DNA of 64,000 bases from Macrostomum hystrix (Eukaryota; Animalia; Platyhelminthes): NCBI GenBank assembly GCA_950097015.1, contig CATNEN010000032.1, forward strand, positions 186,001 through 250,000, written 5' to 3'. Within the stretch, counting starts at the first letter, position 1. Every line of letters begins with the position of its first letter. Under the pieces are notes generated by a model, which was not told the origin of the DNA, made no database searches, and saw only the letters and a program-made list of their open reading frames with translations. Below are positions 19,760 through 32,400 of this stretch, one piece after another. Made by a program: the position numbers and the translations under genes.

Positions 19760-20085
19760 TCTACAGTATCTCATCTCTCCCCTGCCTTATCTCTCCTATG
19801 TCTCATCTCTGCACTGTCTCATCTCTCCCGTGTCTCATCTCTCCCGTGTCTCATCTCTCCCGTGTCTCATCTGCCCCGTGTCTCATCTCTCCCGTGTCTC
19901 ATCTGTCCCGTGTCTCATCTCTCCCGTGTCTCATCTCTCCCGTGTCTCATCTCTCCCGTGTCTCATCTCTCCCGTGTCTCATCTCTCCCGTGTCTCATCT
20001 CTCCCGTGTCTCATCTCTCCCGTGTCTCATCTCTCCCGTGTCTCATTCTCTCCTGTCTTATCTCTCTGCTGTCTCATCCTCCCCT
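19760..20085. repeat. 16-bp minisatellite TCTCATCTCTCCCGTG
   Basis: Direct reading; same family as 12550-12925 (inverse), 37540-38135 and 39778-40445. Confidence 0.95.
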
Positions 20086-21000
20086 GCAGTTAAACTCAAA
20101 AGTCACAATTCACAGCGTGCCTATCATACGTGCCTATCATTCATACTCGTATGTACGAAGCATTTAATTTGCCGATTCGTTCTAAAGTTGGGATGCTGTG
20201 TATGAAGCCTCAAAATTTAGAGGTCTCTGATTACAGCGCACTAGCAGTTCTAAGTTATTAGGGAGAGATGGGTGATATAAATTCATATGTTTATAAAACA
20301 GTTAGCGCCATATTTTATGACTAGGAAGCAGCGAAACAGTTTCTGGCGTTTGGCAGCAGTAGTAAAATGTCTCATATTCCGAACGGCGCGGATTTGTTTA
20401 CATTGACAAAAAGCGCATTTCCTAGAATGAGCCACAAAGAATTTTCGAATATCATAAAGTTTAACGCATAGTATAGATGTAGTAGAAAACTGTTTAAAAG
20501 AGTGGACAGAATCGGAGACAGATGCCAGCATTTCACTGTTCACACTTTGCTGCAGTGTCTGCAGCAGCAAAAAAACTCATTGGTCTCATTGTGGGGCGAA
20601 ACTGTGGTCGATGGTCGAGAGGGAAGAGCTTCATTTCCGGTTCAGCCTTTTAAATTTCATTCAGCTCACTGGCTGGGTGGGCCAGGCGCACGCAGTTTAA
20701 AGAATTTGGCAAAAAATAGCTGGCTGGGCGGCGTGGTTAATGATGACTTTCAATTGACAGACAAATCTGATTGGATGTTGCGCCAGCCAATGAGAGAGCG
20801 AGACTGGGTGGCTGGCTATTTTGCCTTCAAATTTGAAGCTAATAAAATGCGTTTTGTCTGCCTGACCGCTTACACCACCTATATCATCTGTCTAATTTCG
20901 CGGAAACTATTAACACCAGGACCGTTCTCGGCAATGTAAGATAGCTACTTCCGTTGTTAAGGACTCGTAATTAAATAGATCTCGCTTCAAAAGTAGGCAA

Positions 21001-23406
21001 ATGAGAAGTGACAGACTGCGGCCGGTTTGTTTGGCGCGACTGCTGCTAATCGCAGCGGCGATGGCCGCCAATCTACTGGGGCAATGCTTGGCTCGATCTG
21101 AGAGCGAGGCCAGGTCAGAGTGTATCGCCGGCTGCCTGACAGACTTCAAGGCGCAGGTGAGCCGCTTCGGCCAATTGCGGCTTGCTATTCTGCTTTTGTG
21201 TTTCCGGTTTTCAAGCGCTTTATAGAGACTTCATGGATTGATAATGACTGTCAGGGATCGATAGTGACTGTCAGAGATTGATAGAGACAGTCGGAGATTA
21301 ATAGAGACAGTCGGAGATTAATAGAGACAGTCGGAGATTAATAGAGACAGTCGGAGATTAATAGAGACAGTCGGAGATTAATAGAGACAGTCGGAGATTA
21401 ATAGAGACAGTCGGAGATTAATAGAGACAGTCGGAGATTGATAAATACTGTCAGGGATTGATAGAAACTGTCGGGGATTGATAGAAACTGTCGGGGATTG
21501 ATAAGGACTTCGGGGATTGATAGAGATTGTCAGGGATTGATAGAGACTGTTGGGGATTGATAGAGACTGTCGGGGATTGATAGACTGTTGGGGATTGATA
21601 GAGACTGTTGGGGATTGATAGATACTGTCGGGGATTGATAGAGACTGTTGGGGATTGATAGAGACTGTCGGGGATTGATAGAGACTGTTGGGGATTGATA
21701 GAGACTGTCGGGGATTGATAGAGACTGTTGGGGATTGATAGAGACTGTTGGGGGTTGATAGAGACTGTTGGGGATTGATAGAGACTGTTGGGGGTTGATA
21801 GAGACTGTCGGGGATTGATAGAGACTGTCGGGGATTGATAGAAACTGTTGGGGATTGATAGAGACTGTCGGGGATTGATAGAGACTGTTGGGGATTGATA
21901 GAGACTGTCGGGGATTGATAGAGACTGTTGGGGATTGATAGAGACTGTTGGGGGTTGATAGAGACTGTCGGGGATTGATAGAGACTGTTGGGGATTGATA
22001 GAGACTGTCGGGGATTGATAGAGACTGTCGGGGATTGATAGAGACTGTCGGGGATTGATAGATACTGTCGGGGATTGATAGAGACTGTCGGGGATTGATA
22101 GAGACTGTCGGGGATTGATAGAAACTGTCGGGGATTGATAGAGACTGTCGGGGATTGATAGACTGTGAAAGAGGTGGTATTATTTTAGTGGTCTGTGCTG
22201 CGTCAGAATGAATATACTTCTGTGATTAGCAGCCCAAGCAGGTTCCCACCCAGCCCTGTGCAATGAGCCGCATTGATCCCATGATACCACCCGAGGCCAC
22301 ATGAGCAGTCTCGCAGATCATCTGATTCTTGATTACATTTCTACCATGCTGGCCTGAATTCCCAATCAGAAATTTTGTCACCAGCAAATTCGGTGTCCTT
22401 GGAAACACGCGCAGAAGTACAGCAGAAACAATGCTACTGATTCTTATTATAGTATATTTTCAGATCTGCTTGATTTGCTATTTCAATTTTATCCCTCTTT
22501 GCGAAGCGAAAAGAGAAACTGCAAAAACAGAAGAAAATGACAAGAATACTCGTAATGATTGCCTTTTTGTTTAGACAAAAGAATGCCTATTATAGAGAAA
22601 GCAGCAGAGCGAAGCAAAATAGTGAGGTGAGATTTTTTTATTAGTAACCAGGGGGGTCGTGAAGAGACTGGAAAGCTCACACCAATTCACTCGCTCGCCA
22701 TCTTATTCAACACTCGTTAACCCGTTTTCACAGCTGGACAATAAAAAAGACACTCATAAATCTAAGTAATCTAGACTTCATTCTCACCTCACAGTTAAGA
22801 GCTCATGCCGATCATTGCTTGGGGCTGAAATGAGATGGGGGCCAGCAGACGGTAAGTGAAAATTAGTCGCTAGGGCCCAGTCTTACGCAGGATTGGAACG
22901 TGACTTGCAAGAATTGTACTGGGCAGCATTGCCTGGCGTAATTTCTATTCAGAGTGTTTGCCGACAATGCGAACTCACTGAAGCATTGTATCAATATAAA
23001 GGATTTATTAGCTTTGCAGATTCGTGACTAAAACGATTCAACTCGTGCCTTAGGGAATTCAAACTGAGGTGACAGAAGCTTTTAGGCCCACCTTGACTTC
23101 CGCCAATATTAGCCATAATCTATGCCAGGTAGAGCATTCCGAAATCCATCTGAAAATTTCCAAGTCTCTCAGGTTAGCAATTAACTAGCAGGAAATAGCC
23201 ACGCTTAGTAACAGGAAAAACTCCTTCTTGATGAACAGGAAATTTGAGACTTAAAAAATCAATAAAAAGACAGTAAATTCTGAGTCCAAAGTAACAGATA
23301 TCAATTGGTAATTTTTTATATTTTAATAGGGAAAAATAGAACAGGAATTAATTTACATTGAGTTGCACCTTGCAGCCTTCAACTTCTCGGAGCGACCAAA
23401 GCGCTG

Positions 23407-23445
<39 letters not shown>

Positions 23446-26400
23446 TGGGCGCGGCACTTTTGAAGTAATTTTTTCTGAGCATATTTCTGTTAGAATTTTT
23501 CTTTTTTTGTGTTGCCCGGCTGCTCATAAGGCTGCAGATTTGAGCATTTTTCGAGGCCTCTGTACAGTACTCATTATTGAACTCTTTAGTCCACCTTAAC
23601 CAATGACCCGGCAACGCGGCCCTTGCAGCATTCTGCGGCTGCTCAACCATATTTGGTTGGCGGTGTTTGCTCTCCCAGGCCGTGTGGGAGCTGAGCACTG
23701 CATTCCAATAATTTTTTTTCTGCTTCCAACCCCAAATAATCCGGCTGTCTAGAGCTCTTGTTCCGCCAGATTCTCTTGCCTGACCTCACCCGAGCTCATT
23801 TTCTCTTTGAAAATCCCGATTCTCAAAAAAGTGCCACCGCCCTGTGTTTAAAATATCGATTTCGACTTGGCGAACTTGGGGCTGAACAGACAAGCGCCAG
23901 GAGTCTTGTTGAGCTGCTTTTCTGACAAGTGGCTTGAGGACTCGGAATGAGAACTCGGAATATGACCAGATTATGACATGATGCTCAGAACAACTTGGGG
24001 GAGATTTGTTTGAGGGAGTTGGAGTGACCGAGAGAGAGAGAATGACAGAGGGAGAGTGACAGAGGGAGAGTGACAGAGGGAGAGTGACAGAGGGAGAGTG
24101 ACAGAGGGAGAGTGACAGAGGGAGAGTGACAGAGGGAGAGTGACAGAGGGAGAGTGACAGAGGGAGAGTGACAGAGGGAGAGTGACAGAGGGAGAGTGAC
24201 AGAGGGAGAGTGACAGAGGGAGAGTGACAGAGGGAGAGTGACAGAGGGAGAGTGACAGAGGGAGAGTGACAGAGGGAGAGTGACAGAGGGAGAGTGACAG
24301 AGGGAGAGTGACAGAGGGAGAGTGACAGAGGGAGAGTGACAGAGGGAGAGTGACAGAGGGAGAGTGACAAAAAAAGCGAAAATGAGTGAACGAAAATGTA
24401 ATCAAATGAGGAAGCTTTGAGCACATGCTACAAAAGAAAAAACGAATGAGACGATCAGGGAAGTCCCCATCACTGGAAGATTCTGTCTGATCCGATTCTC
24501 ATAATTTTTTTCTCCAACAACAAGCGTGCATCTGTTTTCTTTCAGCTTGCCTTTTTTTCGTCTGCTCAATGAAAGAATTTGATTATTGGAAAATTGTCAG
24601 GGATTATCCCAACATTGATGGGAGATTTCTGAGCTGCTGGCCGACTGAACAGTGGTTACATAATTACGGCTAAGCAGACCCGATTTGGGAAATCCTAGGC
24701 TTTAGCGAGTGTCCGCAAACAAGCGAGTTCTATCCTCATAGAAACAATGGATTGGTCGGTCTCTCGGAGGATTTTCCTAGAAAACTCGTTGAAGGGCTCG
24801 GCAGTTGGTAGCCCTAGCGACTATTGCCGCTGCCACTACTCACACTAGCTCTCTCGCGCCAACTGAGTCACACATGTGAGACCAAAAGCCACGGCAGCGT
24901 CGAATCGAAACAGGGTGGGGAGGTAGACTGGCAAATGTTGATTTTGCCACCAACCGTGGATCGCCGCCGAATTCATCTCGAAAATGGCCGAGCACTCACT
25001 CGAAACCCGACAGCAGTTTTGTCTCAACTCGCTCCGCGCTTTCTGTTTGCTCTCACAATTGAATCCGACGCCTCATCCGACGCCTCCGTCTCATGGAGCC
25101 TGCTATAGGAAAAATGGAATTGGGTTCGGCCTTTGAGTTTGACCCTTCACTCGCCAGACAGACACGCACACACACACACACAGACATATCCAGCAGTGTC
25201 AACAGTCGGAACCAACACATAAGAGAGAGACAGTGTGCGTGAGACCCACTTCACAGCTGCGCAGAATTATTTTATATTCGACAATGGCCTCGATTTCTTT
25301 CTTATTTAATTTCATGATTTTACTATTTGCACGTAATTGGTATCGCTTATTATTCAAATAGCTGACAAGGTGAGAGAGAAAAAACGGCTTAAATTATTTA
25401 CGCGAAAATTATTTTTTTCCATTTTTACTGAAAACTCGTAGTCGTAACAGTGAACACCAGTTCATAACAGTGAACACCAGTTCATAACAGTGAACACCAG
25501 TTCATAACAGTGAACACCAGTTCATAACAGTGAACACCAGTTCATAACAGTGAACACCAGTTCATAACAGTGAACACCAGTTCATAACAGTGAACGCCAG
25601 TTCATAACACCAACTCACTCATTTACTCACCAGGTCTCAGCGCGACTGCTGGCCGCTCTTCAGCGACAGCCAGAGGACATCAACGCCGAGTGCAGCGCTC
25701 GTCTGGAACAGATCAGCAGCCGTCAGGATCTGAACGCGACAAGACGATGTCAGACGGTGAGCGCGTGTCAAGAAGAGAGATGAGAGAGAGGAAGAGGAGA
25801 GATGGGAGAGGGAAAGAGGAGAGATGGGAGAGGGGAAGAGGAGAGATGGGAGAGGGAAAGAGAAGAGATGGGAGAGGGAAAGAGGAGAGATGGGAGAGGG
25901 GAAGAGGAGAGATGGGAGAGGGAAAGGGAAGAGATGGGAGAGGGAAAGAGGAGAGATGGGAGAGGGAAAGAGGAGAGATGGGAGAGGGAAAGAGGAGAGA
26001 TGGGAGAGGGAAAGAGGAGAGATTGGAGAGGGAAAGATGAGATATGGGAGAGGGAAAGGGGAGAGATGGGAGAGGGAAAGATGAGATATGGGAGAGGGAA
26101 AGGGGAGAGATGGGAGAGGGAAAGAGGAGAGATGGGAGAGGGAAAGAGGAGAGATGGGAGAGGGAAAGAGGAGAGATGGGAGAGGGGCAGAGGAGAGATG
26201 GGAGAGGGAAAGAGGAGAGATGGGAGAGGGAAAGAGGAGAGATGGGAGAGGGAAAGAGGAGAGATGGGAGAGGGAAAGAGGAGAGATGGGAGAGGGAAAG
26301 AGGAGAGATGGGAGAGGGAAAGAGGAGAGATGGGAGAGGGAAAGAGGAGAGATGGGAGAGGGGCAGAGGAGAGATAGGAGATGGGAGAGGGAGAGTGGAT

Positions 26401-29400
26401 GTATTGGAGGAGAGATAGGAGGAGCAGAGGAGAGATAATAAATGGGACGAAAGTTTATGACTCAAAGCTTCCTAAAATATGCAGTGTCAATTCCCAATGA
26501 AACTATATTTCAAACACAGCTGGGCAGCTAATTTGCTAGATTAATCCCTATTGACCCTCTTTCTCTGCTCCCAAAACTGTGCAACAAAGTTAACTTTGAT
26601 TGCTCATCGCTCGCTGATCTGTTCGGTCTTGGTAGGGCCAGTGGCAGCATGATGAGTTGGAGGGCCACTATTGACTTGGCCTTGCACATCTGGCCTCCCC
26701 AGCGAGGCTGCGGGCCCTGGGGATGAAATCCGTGCCGCCGCCAAAGTGTCCCGTGAAAGCATTCTGATTTCTTCTAATCTGGAACACGTGGTGGTCAAGA
26801 TGTCCGGCGGGACCCCCCAGACACACTCTCACGCACACACACACTCACCGAATGCACGTGTTCATGCATGGCCAATACTCCAGCGAATCTAAGTAGCATA
26901 CATGGTCAGGCTGTGGCTAAAGCTAGGGTTAGGGTTAGGGTTAGGGTTAGGGTTAGGATTGGAAATCAAATTAGCGTTGCCCAATTTTCTAAAACATGAT
27001 TTTGTCGCCAATCGATTGAGGTTGAGCCAACTGGGGACTAGAGCATTCGAACTCATTTCCATGGCTTTGTGGCTGAAATGGCACACACGGCATCCATTCG
27101 TCACCAAAGCAGGCTTGCAGGGAGCTTACAATAACATTGCGATATTTGCTTTTCTCTCTCACATTGAGTTGCAAGTTGGTCGTGAATGGGAATGGTCACG
27201 AAAGTAAATAAACTCTCTTACCTAAGTCCGCTTTCTAGGAAACATTTAATTATACCTTTGCGGTCAGTTAAGTCGCTTTCCTATTCAGTGTCTTCAGTGT
27301 AACTATTTTCTGTCTGGATTGTTTCTGTCAGTGTCTGTAGTGTGATATTCTGTCAGTGTCTGTAGCGTGATATTCTGTCAGTGTCTGTAGCGTGATATTC
27401 TTCAGTGTCTGTAGTGTGATATTCTTCAGTGTCTGTAGTGTGATATTCTTCAGTGTCTGTAGTGTGATATTCTTCAGTGTCTGTAGTGTGATATTCTTCA
27501 GTGTCTGTAGTGTGATATTCTTCAGTGTCTGTAGTGTGATATTCTTCAGTGTCTGTAGTGTGATATTCTTCAGTGTCTGTAGTGTGATATTCTTCAGTGT
27601 CTGTAGTGTGATATTTTTCAGTGTCTGTAGTGTGATATTCTTCAGTGTCTGTAGTGTGATATTCTTCAGTGTCTGTAGTGTGATATTCTTCAGTGTCTGT
27701 AGTGTGATATTCTTCAGTGTCTGTAGTGTGATATTCTTCAGTGTCTGTAGTGTGATTCTGAGCTGAGTTCTTCAGTGATTTCGGATTGAATAGCTAGATA
27801 ACCCGTTTAGCATGCCGCAACAATGGCTTGAAGATGCTGTGAGAAAAAGTTTTGCGCAGAATATTTTAAAATTCTGCAGAGAAAAGTATGAAATGCCGGA
27901 CCATTACCGCCTTGCCAACCAATTCCGGAGGTGATGTCCAATTTGCCTCCATTTCGACAGGGTGCAAATTGGTAAAAAGCCAAAAAACTGAGTGAAAATG
28001 TCTGCAACAACATAAAGGCTTGAGGCGAAACGAATACGTGAAAGGTCGGTGCAGTTGTTGGCAAGTCCGCCCAACCCCCCCCCCCGAAGCCATCAGCGTC
28101 ACCTTGGGCACTTTGGGGTCTGACCGACTGTCCACGCAGGTAATACGGCCGGGTATTTCAAATAGGAGTGGGTGCGGTGACAGATGACACCCATCTTCGT
28201 GTTGCACTGTTCCTTCAGATCTTGGTTGGCCTAATAGCTTTAGTTGCATCTTCTATGCATAGATTCCGGTAGTTAGTTGCATTAATAATAATTAGAATTC
28301 AAATATGTATTGATACACTGGTTCGCTACCTGTACAAATTAGTGTTTCAATCTGTAGTCTCAAGCTCAAGTTGGCCTGCAAATTAATTAATTGGCAAATT
28401 AGTCTACAGCAGTAAAAGAGAAAGAGAGAGGCCAGACATACGGACAGACAGTGTGAGATGATCTTCTGCTTTAGAAACACACTAGCAGCGAATATTCACT
28501 AATTAGGTCTTCCACTTTTTCTATTTCTGCTTTGTTGCTGCTTTTTAACAAATATCCCTGACAGACTGCCGGACTTAAAGGCGCCCGTTTTACAGAAATT
28601 GCCTCCTTCTACTTAAACAGAACCCTGCACCGCCTCGCCCTCTGTCTCTCGCCGTCTTTGCATCCCTGCTGCTGCTGCTGCGGAAAGTTAAAAATGTTTC
28701 CAAAAAGCCCCGAAGGCCATACTGCGAAATAGCTACAGGTGAACTTGAATCTGAAACCACCAATCAGGCTTGTCTTCGGTACCAACTGCGGATTAGGCTT
28801 TCCTCCCAACGTATTCTTCTTTCATCGCGAATCGCGTTCAAGTCGATATCGCCTTTTGACCAAGCTGCGCGCCTGGGTGGGTGCTGTTTAGACTTTGACT
28901 ATAGGCCCTCTTAACCTGGACTAAAGGGAGAAAACACCAGGGAATGAAACCTGTAATTTGCCTGCGGGATAAGGGCACGCTAAATCGCAATAAATCTCTT
29001 GAGTCCATTGTCGATGAGAATTGGCGAATTGGTAAGCGCAGTCGTTAAGTCCGCTCATACCCACTGGCTGGGTCACGTGACACCCCCCGCAGGCTCATTG
29101 TATTTCGGTCGGGTGTTAAGATTGAGTGTGGATTGTGAGAACTTTGTCAAAGCAAACACGGTAATCTCTATAGCTATAGCACATATCAAAGTAGCTTTTG
29201 AAAACAATTATTAGTAATCAGTATAGCTAACGTTGCGTCAATGTTTGTGCCAGATTGCTGTCATAAATAATTGGTTATTAAACAGAACACTCGGGCCACA
29301 ATACTATACAAAAGCTTTTAGCACCTTTTAAAAATTGATTATTTAATCAATTTAAAACCCAGAAAGGATTTTAAAATGACTGCATCATACCAGTTTTTCA

Positions 29401-32400
29401 CGCCTTGTTGAGATTGAAAATATTCAATCAATTATGAGTTATAGAAAATCCCATGTGCGTCGTTAATTGACGAACCACTTTGCATCTTTCGGCACCTGTG
29501 GCACAGATGTGTGTGTGCGTCTGTGTTTTCCTTGAAAGGACTATGTCTGCAGTCTTAATGCTAATGCATTTTGGTGTCTGTGATGGATGACTTGTCGACC
29601 CGTACTATACGTATAGCACAGGAAGTGTCTCGTCCAAGTTTTTATTTCTGTTCCATCAGGCAGACAGGATACAAGAAAGTACTTTAGCACTTCAATGAAT
29701 TTGACAATTATCGCACCAAATCAACAACCATTCCAGTGCTCACACACTTGCAACCATTTCGGCACAAAAGCATTTGAAACGGAGAAGACATGTCAGGCGT
29801 TTTGTCAGGTGAGTGTTTTGCTCCTGTTAGCGACGGCTTGTGAATGAGTGGCAGAGCGGTAAAATGCATTTGGCTCTCGCACTGAGGTCCCTGAGTTCGA
29901 TTCCGCGGAGAGGCCGCATTCATTTGGGTGCAATTTACGCCCTTGAGGGCCAACCTCCAAGGCACTGCGAGAGTGTACGCTGTCTGACGGTGAGAAAGTT
30001 AGGGAGTCAGCGGCATGGACAGAATTGACTCCTCGCTGGCTGCGGCTCTAGTGTCACAGTATGATGTGACACGGCCCGCAGCCCTCCTGCAATTGTTGTT
30101 ATTATTATTGAGCGATGACTGTACGAGCGTAAAGGCCAAATCGAATCAACAAGATCCCCAAATCTGCCGGCAGCGTCAGCGGCAGATTCTCCCAGCCGGA
30201 TCCTCATCGGCGTGCCAGTCGTCTTGTCACACTGTGAAGCTTCTGTTGGCCACCAACCAGGGCCATTGTCCATCAACGCCAGCAGCGGCCTCCACAGCCG
30301 ACTGCCGCCAGCATCAGCGGCAATGCCAGCCCAGTCTGGAGCGCCAACTGTGCTCCGGACTGGCGCCAATGAAGTGCTGCCCGAAGGCTGCGTGCGGCGA
30401 CGGCGGCGGCAGAGATGAATTCGTCTGCCTGACGGCTAACATTAGCGCTGAGTGTGAGTTCGAAATCGGGAAATGGGATCAACTGGGAGATGGGATCAAC
30501 TGGGAGATGGGATCAACTGGGAGATGGGATCAACTGGGAGATGGGATCAACTGGGAGATGGGATCAACTGGGAGATGGGATCAACTGGGAGATGGGATCA
30601 ACTGGGAGATGGGATCAACTGGGAGATGGGATCAACTGGGAGATGGGATCAACTGGGAGATGGGATCAACTGGGAGATGGGATCAACTGGGAGATGGGAT
30701 CAACTGGGAGATGGGATCAACTGGGAGATGGGATCAACTGGGAGATGGGATCAACTGGGAGATGGGATCAACTGGGAGATGGGATCAACTGGGAGATGGG
30801 ATCAACTGGGAGATGGGATCAACTGGGAGATGGGATCAACTGGGAGATGGGATCAACTGGGAGATGGGATCAACTGGGAGATGGGATCAACTGGGAGATG
30901 GGATCAACTGGGAGACGGGATCAACTGGGAAATGGGATCAACTGGGAGATGGGATCAACAGGGTGATGGGATCAATCAAGAGATGGGATCAATCAAGAGA
31001 TGGGATCAATCAAGAGATGGGATCAATCAAGAGATGGGATCAATCAAGAGATGGGATCAATCAAGAGATGGGATCAATCAAGAGATGGGATCAATCAAGA
31101 GATGGGATCAATCAAGAGATGGGATCAATCAAGAGATGGGATCAATCAAGAGATGGGATCAATCAAGAGATGGGATCAATCAAGAGATGGAACGAATCTC
31201 TTTAGAAGAAAATCCACAAAAAATCCCATTCTTGATCTCCTCGCAGTCCTGCCGGAGATCCCGCCGGCGCCGACTGTGTCCAGGCTGCAGGCAAGCGGCG
31301 CGGGTCCTTCGGCCTGCTGGGCTGCCTGGGACACGTACAGCCACCACCGGCTGCTGAGACAGCCAATCGTGTTCCTGATCCAGTACCGCAGCTACCAGGG
31401 TCACGAGTATCGTTCGGTCGCCCTGGAAGCCAGCCGTTGGCAGAGCCTGGCCGTCACCACGCGGACGGGCATCCGGGTTGAGGAGGCCGCGCCCGGACGC
31501 TGGTACCAGTTCAGGCTGGCCGCGGTGTCGGCTAGGGGCCACCGAGGCTACTCGAACGCATCGGAGCCTGTGAAGCCTGGAGGCGAGCCCCGCCGACCAG
31601 GGCCCGTTCGGCGGCTGGCGCAGGGCGTGTCTCGGCTGCGGCGCGGCGAGGCCGTTGTGGACGTCAGGATCAGCTGGCAGTCGCCTGAGCAGAGCGACTT
31701 GCCGGTGGATAAGTACAAGGTCAGACTGCGAGCTCGTTCATTCTTGACCCACTGATCCCCTCTGACCCACTGATCCCCTCTGACCCACTGATCCCCTCTG
31801 ACCCACTGATCCTGATCTTGACCCACTGATCCTCCCTGACCCACAGATCCCCTCTGACGACCCACTGATCCTCTTGACCCACTGATCCTCTCTGACCCAC
31901 TGATCCCATTCGCCCCTGATCAATCCCTTTGACCCAGTGACTTCGCATGCATTTTCATAATCTTCTTATGAATGGCGACTCTACCTGAGTAATGCGCGTC
32001 TAAAATTTAGTTGGCTATCCGAGCAAGGTATGCAGATAAATTAGCATAATAACTGGCTATGACAATAAGTTCTCTCATTAGCGTGGCCTTCGCATTTCAA
32101 GTCACGTTCCGTCTATCGGAGCTCACACTGGGTCGATTCACAAGAAGAAAAAGTCATTAAATTCGAAAGTTGACCCAGATTTGAGACCAATTGCCGTTAT
32201 TTGAGAGTTTCAGTCACTATTTCATTCATTCGCCTGTGGAGTTTTCTTTTTCGTGTTACTATTTTCCTGAAAATAAAAATATCTATATAATATGGATCTT
32301 CTCACAATTTATCGATAACCTTTCTTAATTTTATCGGAAATCATTTAGCACGATTAAATGGCTACGGAAACAATGACTTAAAACGATATTTCAAAGAATT

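Noticed and set aside
30003-30095. HDV-ribozyme-like string (G(A/C)CTCCTCGCTGGC) in the SINE2 tail
   Set aside because: P1, P1.1, J4/2 and P2 pairings do not form; the segment is better explained as one long hairpin.
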